Assembly: GCA_046563655.1 (NCBI GenBank)
Contig: CM102284.1
Location: 744,001-808,000, forward strand
Length of the DNA: 64,000 bases
Source of the DNA: Yuukianura sp. NJ FZ-2021
Lineage: Eukaryota
Direction: 5' to 3'
Part shown: one piece after another, positions 42,260 through 53,180 of the stretch
Layout of the letters: every line of letters starts with the position of its first letter
Position numbering within the stretch: position 1 is the stretch's first letter
Notes under the pieces: model-generated
What the model was told of the DNA's origin: nothing
What the model saw: the letters and a program-made list of their open reading frames with translations, nothing else
The model's database searches: none
Made by a program: the position numbers and the translations under genes

Positions 42260-43190
42260 AAAATATTGTTAAGATTCAGCTTCTTAATTGACATTTAAGT
42301 TAAGTTAATTAAGTTAATGTTTAATTGACATTTATGTTTAGAGAGTCGCAAGTTCAAAATGTTTTAGTCATTAGTCCCTAAGAATTTCGCATTTCGAATT
42401 TAAAGCTCCGCATTCTCGAATAAATCGTGCTCAAGCATGTGTGATTCCAAATACCAAGGAAGCTATGAAGGTTAACTTTTGCCTACAAGTAGATTAATGT
42501 TAATAATTCGTTATATTTTAGATGATTTATTTATATTTATTTATATCTTTTTATAAGGCTTTTTAAATACTTTCATCATAACGTTGTGGTATGAAATCAA
42601 AATCAATGCTGATTTTTAGTGCAGTTGTCATCCGGCGACCTTTGGAAACTAGTAATGCTTACTACACGGTGAAATACACGTTGATTAGATGGCAATTTTC
42701 TAAAAAATGACCTTGAGGAAATGCTTATGAATACTCCATAAATAAGTTTTGACCTACATGATAAAAAAAAACAAAATTGCTTCTACTAAACCTTTTTTTT
42801 TTTCAAAATTTCGAAAAGTTATTTATTTCCATAGACAAAAAATTTCATTTCTTCCCTGTCACCGTGTCACCTTTCCAAAAAACAATGCGTTTGCCTAAAA
42901 AGCAACCTAGTAACATTTCAAAAATTCTGAGACAATGTGTATTACTAAGAAAAGCTGTAAGGGCCCAAAAAAATTTTTTTTTTGGATTTAGCGTTTGTGT
43001 GCCCTTCACTTTAACAGAAATAGCTGCTTTCAAACTAGAATTTTTTAACAAAATCTTTTGAGGGAAACGCTTTTTTCAAAACCAGTTCATTTCCAAAGTT
43101 CGGCCGCTTGCTTCAACAACGTCACCAACTAATTCTCACCATCTTAATACAATCACAAAGTTTTGAATTACAATCCGGGTTTGAATTAAA

Positions 43191-44267
43191 ATGGCCGAAA
43201 GTACGACTCTGTTGTGTGCATGGGGAATAGCAGATCATATACATTCTTCCCTACCTATTTGTAGCAGCAGCAGCGGACTGCGTAATGCATTTTGGAAATT
43301 ACGCGTTGACAGAAGAGGAGGGATTGTAATGTTGGACATTATTGATATGAATGGAACGAAAGGTAACTATTTGATTTTTACTTAAAACAGCAAATTCTTG
43401 CAATATACAAATCCAAATTTTGGAATAAACTAACCAATTGTTTGGTTTCCACCAATTATTGGTAATGTTTTTAATTTTTGCATGTTTATTCTATTTATTT
43501 TTTCTTGTTGTAGCAATGGAGGTCTTCAAGTTTGGTCGCCAATTTCCCCATCTAATATACACCTTCGAGAAACCGAAGGAGAATGAAAATGCTGATGTTA
43601 AATATGGTTGTCATATCCGCGTCCAAAGTGAGCCGGGTCTTTGGCAACATATCCAATTGGATCTGCAGAAACCAGGTAAATAATTGGCAAACAATTATAC
43701 TTATGTCTATATTTTCAGATTTAGCACCGTCAATCCTTCAAAAATTTATGAAATTTCAGAATATCTAATGCTGACAGGTGGTCTTCTTCGCTTAAGCCAT
43801 GTCGGCTTTCTCCATTCAGAGGTATCACCGATTTTAGCATCAATTTTCAGAGGGCTTTAAGGCCCCATTTCATTTTTAACGCATCGAGATTAACAACAGA
43901 TTTGAGCTTACTAATATTATTTATTATTTATTAACTATATATTCATTTATCTTTAGTTACCAGAGATTTGGCTTTTATTTTATGATTTTTTTAGGAAACA
44001 ATGAAGAAACTTCACGAAGAACCAATTCAGGAGAGAAACCAATTACCACCAGCAGGAGTTTCACAGGCACAGGATGCGCCAGGACCATCCACAGGCGCTC
44101 CACCGGCTCATGATGGCGTGGGTTCCGTAGACGCAGCAGACTCTCCTTCCGCTACAGATATGTCTCCGTTCAACGGAACTGAGTTTGAAGAGTATGGAGA
44201 AATACTAGGTACTCCGAATCCGGATGTGTATACCATTGGAAACGTTACGCCTCTTGATGAAAACTAA
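43191..44267 (+). CDS. Uncharacterised spliced protein, ~220 aa, 4 exons
   Basis: Phase-compatible exons ~43191-43362, 43513-43675, 43760-43821 and 43995-44267. Globular-looking N-terminal half, disordered acidic/Pro tail. Confidence 0.55.
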
Positions 44268-44384
44268 TAAGACATGAATTCTTTAGTATAATTTTGTCTT
44301 ACTCTCCTCCACGAACATTTTTGATCATCTTCTGGATGTTTAAAGCAAATTATTGTACGTAATTATTGTATCTGTAAGCTAAGT

Positions 44385-44616
44385 TATGCATTGACCGTGT
44401 CTGTTTGTCTGTCTGTCTGTCAGCTACTTTATGCATCGAATTTGTCTGTCTGTCTGGCCGACCACTGTTGATTTTTAATATATTGTAGTATACAAATAAG
44501 ACATGTTTTGTTTTAATATTTATATGAGCAAGATTTATTTTAACATGTTCCTTTTAGCGCCTAGGTAGGATCTTTGACGTTGTGTTGGTTATAATTCAGC
44601 CGATCATGACTCCACT
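44385..44616 (+). pseudogene. Displaced fragment of a CRAL-TRIO copy-B-like gene (intron with satellite remnant plus part of exon 6)
   Basis: tctttgacgttgtgttgg..ataattcagccgatcatgactccac and the preceding intron match the reverse complement of ~15185-15420. Confidence 0.88.
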
Positions 44617-44964
44617 GTGTGAAGTGTCATGTCCATTTCGACACCACATGGCATGTGTCATGTCACATGTCATCTGGGCGAGGAATGTGACCGTGGTCAC
44701 TCCAAATCGACCCAAACATGACGATAGTGACCATTTGAATTTCAACTGGCAGGAATTCGTGTTTCATTTGAATTTGAGTTGGTCTCCATGGCTACACTTT
44801 TTTTTTGAATTTGTTACCGTTACATTGTTGAGTGTAACCTTGGGCAACGAATACAGCAGCATAGCAGCAACATCAAAGAAACAGTCAGACGTCGATTTTT
44901 TTTGTCTAACCAAAATACGAATTTGCAGAGCTTTCAGAGGTCAAAGGTCATCGACTGAGTTGAA

Positions 44965-45802
44965 ATGGACGAGGGTCAAGACAATACTTTTGCTGGAGGT
45001 CACGACGACATCGGCGACGACCATGCTTCTTCTCCAGGTGACGACGACATCGCTGACGACCGTTCTTCTGCTGGAGGTGACGACGACGACATTGAGTCAC
45101 ATGACGAAGGTGACAATGGTTCTGGCGAAGATGACGAAGATGACATCGATTACCCGCCTGACCAGGAATTCAAAGACCAGAAATTCACGGAACGCAGTCT
45201 CTGGTTCGAAGGCATTGGCGAGTCCATCGTCAACTTTACCGACTGCCATTTTCGCGGTACCCTAAACATTAAATTACACTTTAGGCACAAAAGTTGAGCT
45301 TAAGTTAAACTGATGACTAACGTGCGATTTAACTTGATCTCCAGACGTATCCGTGACGTTCGGTGGAACTGAAACTGTTTATTCCTTTGAGAACTGCACT
45401 TGGGAGAGGTCACAGGTCACTTTGCCCAGTTTCGGCAACTGCTACACCTTCCAGGCTCCCACCTTCACTGACTCGGTAATTATCGGGGGAGATGGAGAAC
45501 TGACCCTGGAGAGTGCGCAGAATGTGGAGCCATTGGTCACTCCTGGAGCCGTTTTCTGCTTCACGTATGCCTTGACCACGCCCACTTTTACAAATGTGAC
45601 GATCCAACGGGAAGAGGAGGAGTCTTTTGAAGAGGAACATGTTGACCAACAAATGGCCAATTGTGAGCGGTGCTTTGAAGTTGATGAGGAAGAAATGGTG
45701 GACTTCGTGCGATGTGAGTTTTTTGGTAGTGAAGTCAATATGGAGGTCACGGCGAGTGATGAACCGGCTGAATCTGGAGATGGGACTGGACCCCCGCAGT
45801 AA
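44965..45802 (+). CDS. Highly acidic orphan protein, ~250 aa, 2 exons, with F-x-x-C-x-F/W repeats (possible beta-solenoid)
   Basis: Exon 44965-45256 joins 45345-45802 in phase 1. Motifs FTDCHF, FENCTW, FQAPTF, FVRCEF. Confidence 0.7.
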
Positions 45803-45977
45803 CAATTTCTACGTTCTCAAAACTCTTCAACTCTCACAAAAAAGCAAAAATTCGGCAAAGAATCAAAAAGTAATGAATAGTTTAACACAAATGTATTATT
45901 GGAAATTCAATTAAACATGGAATAAAACCTAACCGCGTAATCTGGACTTACTATTTTAGTTTGTAAAGTTATACATT

Positions 45978-46595
45978 TTACGAAAAATACATTGGACTCA
46001 TTTGAAGTAATTGATTAAGTTTAGCTGCGAAAAGTTCGGAATGGATGTACTCTCCTGATTGGCTCAGCGGATTCTTCGCGACGTATTCTACGTATACCTA
46101 AGAATCAAAGTAAGATAAGCATTAACGTAAATCTGTTAAGGTTTAATTTTTGAAAAATTGGTTGAAAGTGCGGTTGTGGCATACTTGAGTATAAATACTT
46201 TTCAGAAGCTCCTTGGGAGATGAGTTTAGGTCTGTATTCATGACGAGTTTTAGACCAGTTGGAGATTCGTAGTACGTCAGTTTATACTTTGTAGTTCTGT
46301 AGCAGAACGAATTGTCCTCGATGTCATCCGGAGAAATCTTTTGCAGAAACGTTCGAAGGGAAAATAGCATTCCATAGACGAGCTTTCCTTCCTGAGGACA
46401 CAAAATCATGATTAACTTGCAGCTCTAAGCAACTTACTAATCAACGCAGCGTCCATGCACTAGTACTAGCAAATTCGGTAGTTGTAAGCAGTTTACTTCT
46501 TCTTTTGACATTGTCGCAGGCTTCTTCCGTTGCCACTCTCCGTAATACACCAACGTTCCAGTCCTGTCGAAGATGTACAAGTTGTAAATCGCCAT
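45978..46595 (-). CDS. TRAPPC1: Trafficking protein particle complex subunit 1 (Bet5), 3 coding exons
   Basis: [13 protein letters not shown]..., [46 protein letters not shown]. Confidence 0.95.
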
Positions 46596-47993
46596 CTTCG
46601 GCTCCTCAGTGGTCAGTCCAACAACCTGAAACTAAAGTAAGCCAAGTAAGGTCAAGAGGTCAATCCAATTACAAGAAAAAATAACTTTTGGTTTGTCAAA
46701 TTCCAAAAACTCAACTCACCGTTAACTCCGACTAGAGAGCACAGAGAAGGCCAGTGTCAGGATAAAAAATTTCGTAGTGCAAATCAGCTCAATCGATCGA
46801 TTAATTGATAAATTATTGTAAAATTCGAAATAAAATAAAAACTGATTTTTTTTATAAATTCAAAACATTCGTGTAAATCTAAAAGCCACTCAACATCCTA
46901 CCAATCACCCACTTCATTAGTGCGGGGCATACACAAACACATTTAAAAAAAAAAGTAAAACACCACAATCACAATACAAATATTACATTTCCTTAATTAG
47001 TGCAACTAATCTCTAAACTAATTTACAGTTAAACTAAACTCATAACTAATTAGTGTAATTAGTTAATGAACTATGTTTAACTGTGACACCCAAACGAAGG
47101 CTTAAACTAAAACAGGAATTCAAATCATTTTGCGGTTAGCGTACGATTTGACGACCATAATTGTACCCGAATCGTAAAGAACTTAGCCTTGAATTTTTTT
47201 GTGATAAGGTAACAAACGTTGTATATTTTAAGGATCTCATAACTTTTTACGTTTCAATAAAAGAGACGCAAAATTAATTAAAAAAACTGAAAAGCTGAAA
47301 AAAAAAGTTAAAGAAAGTACAGCTGTTTTTCGTTCATTTTTTTCAGCTAATTTCAGTCAGCTACCTGTAGTTAAACAGAAACTACCTGGTAGTTTCTGTT
47401 TAACTTTTCACTGAAAAGTGAAATATATGACTTCTGACACCGGTGACAACAATGCGTAGTGTCTATAACCCTACACTGGATGGTATAATTAATGAAGACT
47501 ATTTTATTATAATCTAACGTAACGTGCTTACACTTCTGAAAAGTGTAACAACGTAGCCGCACATCACGGCTAAATTCTGAGGATACAAGCACAATGATGG
47601 TAGGTAAATATTACGTCAACCCCATTTACTATTGTTGTTTTTTTAGGGGAGGAACACTTTTGACTTGGCGAATTTTTTTCTACGGATTATGTATATAAAT
47701 GCATAGTATGAAATATGATAAGTTGTGATGTTTTTTAAAAATAGTAAAATTTGAACCTGGCGCTCTGGCGGCGTGTGAGTCAGACTTCTTTCCCAAAGGC
47801 CGAAGACCGAAAAAAGAAAGAAGTTCCTTTCTTTTTGGAATCGAAAAGGGGAGAGCCGAGGGTCAGTTACGTTTTCAGAATCAGTCTTCTTTGTGGAGGT
47901 CAAAGGTCATCTGGCCACCTACCTTTATCAACATCTCCGTCATCTTCTTGCCAATCAGGACTCTAACGTCTCATCGGGACAGTCATCTCCACC

Positions 47994-50900
47994 ATGGAGG
48001 ATGTCCAAGTGGAAGTTCGTGGAGAAAATGGAGCTTACTACGCTGTAATCAGTCTTTTGTTGATAAATTATCATTGACTCTTATTGTATTGGTGGAATTC
48101 ATCTAATTTGATGTTCTTTTTAGGCGTATGTTCGCGACATGTTTGATGATGGATTTGTAGTTGTGTCTTTTGAGAATAAGTGAGTAAAAATCAATTAAAA
48201 ACGACCATAAATCGTTGTTGTTACTTCAATTAACTTTGTTTTTGTTTTTAGTGTTTTGCCGGAGCAGAAACTTCCGTTCGCGAGGGTCCGACTACCTCCG
48301 AAACCGGGTACTTCAGGTGCCGATGGACTCAGTTTCCAACCAGAACAAGAGGTCGAAGTTCTTAGTGCTCCAAATGATGCGGATGTTGCTGGCTGGTGGA
48401 AGGCAACGATTAAAGTACGTTTCATAACTCTTCAACTTCAACTCCAATTACTAACAAAATGTTACTAAATTGACAATCGATTTTACTTTATACTCGATTC
48501 TTCCAGATTGTTCGAACGGACATTTATGTTGTTGAGTACGCCAGCTCCGAGCAGAAGAATACGGAGATTGTGGAAGCAACCCGAATTCGTCTGCCTAATA
48601 CAAATCCCCCGCTCCAAAAGAATACGTTTACTAAAATCGAGTTACCCGTTCCGGATGACATCGTTGAATAGTAATGAGGATCGATTCATTTTTCTTAATT
48701 TCTGTATGACTCATTATAGTGTGATTCACTAACCAATTGTCTGATTTGTTAGCTTGAATACGCTATCGATAAGTGCCAAGGTGGAGAGTTCTCACAAGGA
48801 GCTGCAACGGTTGACAGGAGCCGGCAGTTGTAGGTTTATTCCTGATAAACGAGTCCTCTGCCTCATTGTGAGTTTACTTTGTAATTAATAATGCTAGTTT
48901 CTGTTGTCTTTTGTAAAGTCCATTTGATGATTTGTCATTTTCAGTCTCGGAATGAAGTAACCACGAAGAAAGTGAATCTCCTCAAAGAAATGCATTTTCG
49001 CTCTCTGAGCCAGAAGGCAATGTTAGTAAAACGGACGGAAGAGGCAGTGAAGCAGCTGGAAACCATTCGAATGCACACTGGCGGAAAGTAAGAACGATTT
49101 ACAATACTTGTGCATAGAAGTTCAAACTAAATCCGTTTCTATCCCTTGAGGAGACGAGAGAAATTAAAGTTTACAAAAATTTTTTCAGCTTCGTCGAAGA
49201 GTTTGTGGTTCGTGAGGATCTGATGGGTTTGGCAATTGGGTCAGGCGGTACCAACATTCAGACAGCACGTAGAGTCGATGGAGTCACCAACATTGAGCTG
49301 GACGAGTCCTGCTCAACTTTCCGCGTCCTTGGTGAGGTAAGTAATCGGTTATCTCAAAAAAAACTTACAAAAAGAGGAAGGTAGCACGAGTTTTACAGCT
49401 GATTGCTTGAACTTGATAATTTTTAGACTGAAGATGCCGTGAAGAAAGCACGAAGTATTCTGGAATACAGCGAAGAGTCCATTCAAGTTCCAGTGAACCT
49501 CGTAGGGAAAGTGATTGGGAAGAACGGCCTAGTAATTCAAGAGATGGTGGACAAGAGTGGAGTTGTTCGAGTGAAGATTGAGGGTGAAAATGATCCGAAT
49601 CCCAGCATCCGTCGAGAGGATGGCTCCGTCCCATTTGTCTTCGTCGGGACGGTGGAAGCAATTTCTAATGCCAAGACGATTCTAGAATATCATCTTAGTC
49701 ATCTTAAGGTAATTTACTTACTCGGATTCCATCCGCTGGGATTTGAACCGGATGGCTCAATGGTTAGAGCTCTTCCTGGATTGCAGCGATGTGGGTTCGA
49801 GTCACCTTCGGGACTTTGTTTTTTTGTTCACTGTCATTCCTTACAATATCTCACTATAATAGTTGATTTGATTCCTTAGGAACTTGAGCTTCTTCGACAA
49901 GAGAAGGTACAAATTGATCAGGAGTTAAGGAGCTACCATGGCCCGACAACTGTCATGCACAATTCGTCCAGACGCTCCTACCTCAACGACTCTCACTCTC
50001 ACCCGTTCGACTACCGAGGAGATGGCCCTCGTGGAAACGCCGTTTCCAGAGACAGAGATTTCCGCGGTGGCCGCGGCGGTCCACCGAGAGGCCGTGGAGG
50101 CTATCGTAAGTTTTAAAACTAAAAACGACTTGGTCTTACTTTTTATTCTCTTTTACTCAAAAAATTTTGGTTTATAGCTTACCTTAATCAAATCAACTTC
50201 GGTATGCCTTTTTTTGCTAACAACTTAACAACATAACTAGTACTGATAATAATTTCTGCTTTGATTGATGCCTTTTTTTTGAAATTTTGTTTTGAAGCTG
50301 GTCCAAACACAAGTCGTCAGTCTACTCCGGGAGAAATGGATGACCGATTTCGACGGGAGAATGAAGGAGGACGGTTCCGCGGAGGAGGAGGAGGGCGTGG
50401 AGGAGGAGGAAGAGGAAGCAGCTTCAGACGTGGTGGTCGCGACCACCGTGGGAGAGATGATTACCCGGGCAAGTAAGTTCTTGACACTACCGTATTTTCT
50501 GGCGTATAACACGCGTATTATCTGACAAATTTCGCAAAGTTTTGGAAGGAAAACCAATTTTTTGCCTGAAAACTGAAGATTTTTGTTAAAAATATAAGAG
50601 CGTCTTAAAGGCGAGAAAATACACGTACTAGGAATATTATAGTGCGCGTTATACGCCGATAAGTAGGGTAATTCAATTAAAATTTTTAATTAATTATAAC
50701 TCTAACATTCAATTTTTTGTCAAGTAATGATGCGAGTCCAGTTTCTCTGAATGATGATCATCCCGAACGTGATCGTGATCCTCGTCGACGACCAACGCCT
50801 ACAAATCGTGGTGGAAAGCGAGGTGGGTCCGGAGATCATCACAATGACGGTAACATTTTGGAAAAAGTTGCTGGTTTGGATTTTTGAAAATTTTTGGAGA

Positions 50901-51109
50901 ATTTGAGTTCAAAATTTTTATTTTATTTTTTAGTTGCCGAGAACGACAAGGGAGCGGCTCCAGTTCAGGACGGTCGACCACCACAGCAGCAATCTTCCGC
51001 TCCTGCAGCACAACACGCACAACCGCCCCAGCGAAACAATACGCGAAACAACAAGCGGCGAGAGGAGGGGCCAATTGTCAACGGAAGTGGAAATGTCGCC
51101 ACTGACTAA
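47994..51109 (+). CDS. Fmr1: Fragile X messenger ribonucleoprotein family member (tandem Agenet, KH0, KH1, KH2, RGG)
   Basis: [79 protein letters not shown]-rich exons. Stop at 51107-51109. Confidence 0.96.
49730..49825 (+). mobile_element. tRNA-derived element (SINE head or tRNA pseudogene) in an FMR1 intron
   Basis: A box TGGCTCAATGG, D-arm-like GCTC...GAGC, B box GGTTCGAGTC, then a T-run. The anticodon arm does not fold canonically. Confidence 0.7.
50490..50668. mobile_element. Tc2/pogo-like MITE in an FMR1 intron
   Basis: TA|CCGTATTTTCTGGCGTATAACACGC...GCGCGTTATACGCCGATAAGTAGGG|TA: imperfect TIRs with a TA duplication. Confidence 0.8.
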
Positions 51110-53180
51110 ACACCCAACTGCAAAAACAGCCAACAAATTCATCAGTTGCAGAATTCATCACAAACGATAAAGGAAAATCACACTCGATGTTGGACGGGGT
51201 AGATAAAAAAAAATTACTTCTTCAATCCTCTCCTCCTCTCCATCAATGTAAAACATATTACAATTTACACACTAGAAACTACTGGAATCATCAATCTAAA
51301 AAAGAATTTACTAATTACTAATTAACTAACTAGAGTAATTAATCAACTTACTAAACAAGATGAGACTTTTTGGCTAAAATTAATTCTCTGGAGACTGATG
51401 CTTGAGGGTTTTGTAAGGCATTTGTTAGGTAAAAAGAATAAGGGTTGAGGTTAGCTTAGCCTAACCTAGCCTAACATTGTTAAAAAGTTAAAGTTGTTTA
51501 GTAGAATTGGCTCTGCCTGCTCAAAAAACTTACGTTAGGTTATGGTTAGGCTAACTTAGCCTAACACTAACCTAATCGTCGATCGTTGTTCGTTGAGGAG
51601 AGGTAAAAAGTCTCGGTGCTCTTACCCTGTGCATTTTTGTGCAAGCGTGTATGTGTCATTTGTATTAACTAATTTACTAATTACTGTGTAATTGTAATTA
51701 CTTTATGTAATTGTAATTACCGTGTAATTGTAATTACTTTGTAATTCGTGTAGGTCTAACTTAACATTTAATGCAAAACCCACTGTTGAACCTGAATTTG
51801 TCTCTCTTCCTGAATTTGTTTTTTTCTTTTTTTTCTCGAAATGCCGGCTTTAGTTAAGCTATTCCCTCTCCAGCAACTTTCTAGTTCAGTTAAAATAAGT
51901 TTCTAAAGTATTAAGTTGTGTATTCTAAGTTGTGGTGTGTTAATTTATAAAGTAATTTATTTTATTTAAAGTCAGCTCCACCTTGATTCGTTCCCCCAAC
52001 CCTGTTCTTTGAGTCCTCACGCCTCACCGTTAGTCTGTTTCAATACTGGTCTACTTAAAACCAAGTTTTCTCCACTAGAAATCTCTAAAGTAATTTCATT
52101 TTTTCCTAGTAGCTTCTTTTGCCTAATGTGAGTTCTGTGTGCCCTTGAGGTGAAGGTCATTGACCTTTGACCTGCCAAGTCCTCTTTTCGGTTCACAAGT
52201 AATAGGTCGAATACACTCATTTGTATACTCTAATTACAGCAGTTCAGTTTAGGCTAGGTTTCTAGGTAGACTCAAAACCAATTTATTACTGTTAACATTG
52301 TAGAGGCCCAATAAATTGAGGTTTACATATTCTTTAAAACAGGCAGAGTGAACTACTACAAATAAATTTACAAATTCGAAATTTTTTATGGCTGAATTTG
52401 AATAATTTAAGTTTTATACAAATTAACAAAAAATGAAATTTGATATTTCGGGTAGGGAGATCTCTGAAATTTTGGAATTTTAACGAATCCGAAACCGTAG
52501 CTGGTGAAATGGTCAAAATGATTCGATCAAAAACTGACAAGTTCAAAAAGTGAGAAGTCAACTGTTTACAAATAGTAGGTTATGTTTGGTTAGGCCACCG
52601 TTAGGCTAACCGTTTTCTTATGTTTGACCTTCTCACTGGTTGGCGTATTCACTTTTTGACCAAATTGTTTTGGACCAATTTACATGTAACAGCATTGGAG
52701 TTTTTTATTTATGTTAGGTTAAACGGAGATAGAAAAACTGAAGTAAAAATTTGATGCCAATAGTATTTATTTTAGCACTTGAAATCAACTTATCTTAAGC
52801 GTAAAAGTCACGAAGGTCATCCAAACCAACAAATTCCAAGAACTGCAACAGTAAATATTTGCAATCTCTTAATCAAAAACATAGAGTGAGACTGGAGCCT
52901 GATTTTTTTTAAATTCAAGTCAATTTTCGAACTTTTATCAAAAGTAACCTAAAATTGTGTATCCGCATTTTTAATTGATTAAAATTCTTCAGACATTTTG
53001 CTCTGTGAGTAGTTTCTGCTGCGTATTTATGACCAACCTATAAGCTACGTTTTACACTAGAGTTGACTAAATACCTAATCAAATTAACAAATTTGATTTC
53101 GTTTCAAAATAATCATATTTTCAAATTTCATAATTTCTTTAAAACTGAATTTTTTCAAACTGAATTTTTGGGTCGTGCAA

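Noticed and set aside
44582-45265. 227-aa Thr-rich ORF
   Set aside because: It begins in the displaced CRAL-TRIO fragment and continues as an alternate frame of the Asp-rich gene. Non-ATG start and no coherent protein signal.
49746-49815. Functional tRNA gene
   Set aside because: Acceptor and anticodon stems pair poorly. Kept only as a tRNA-derived element.
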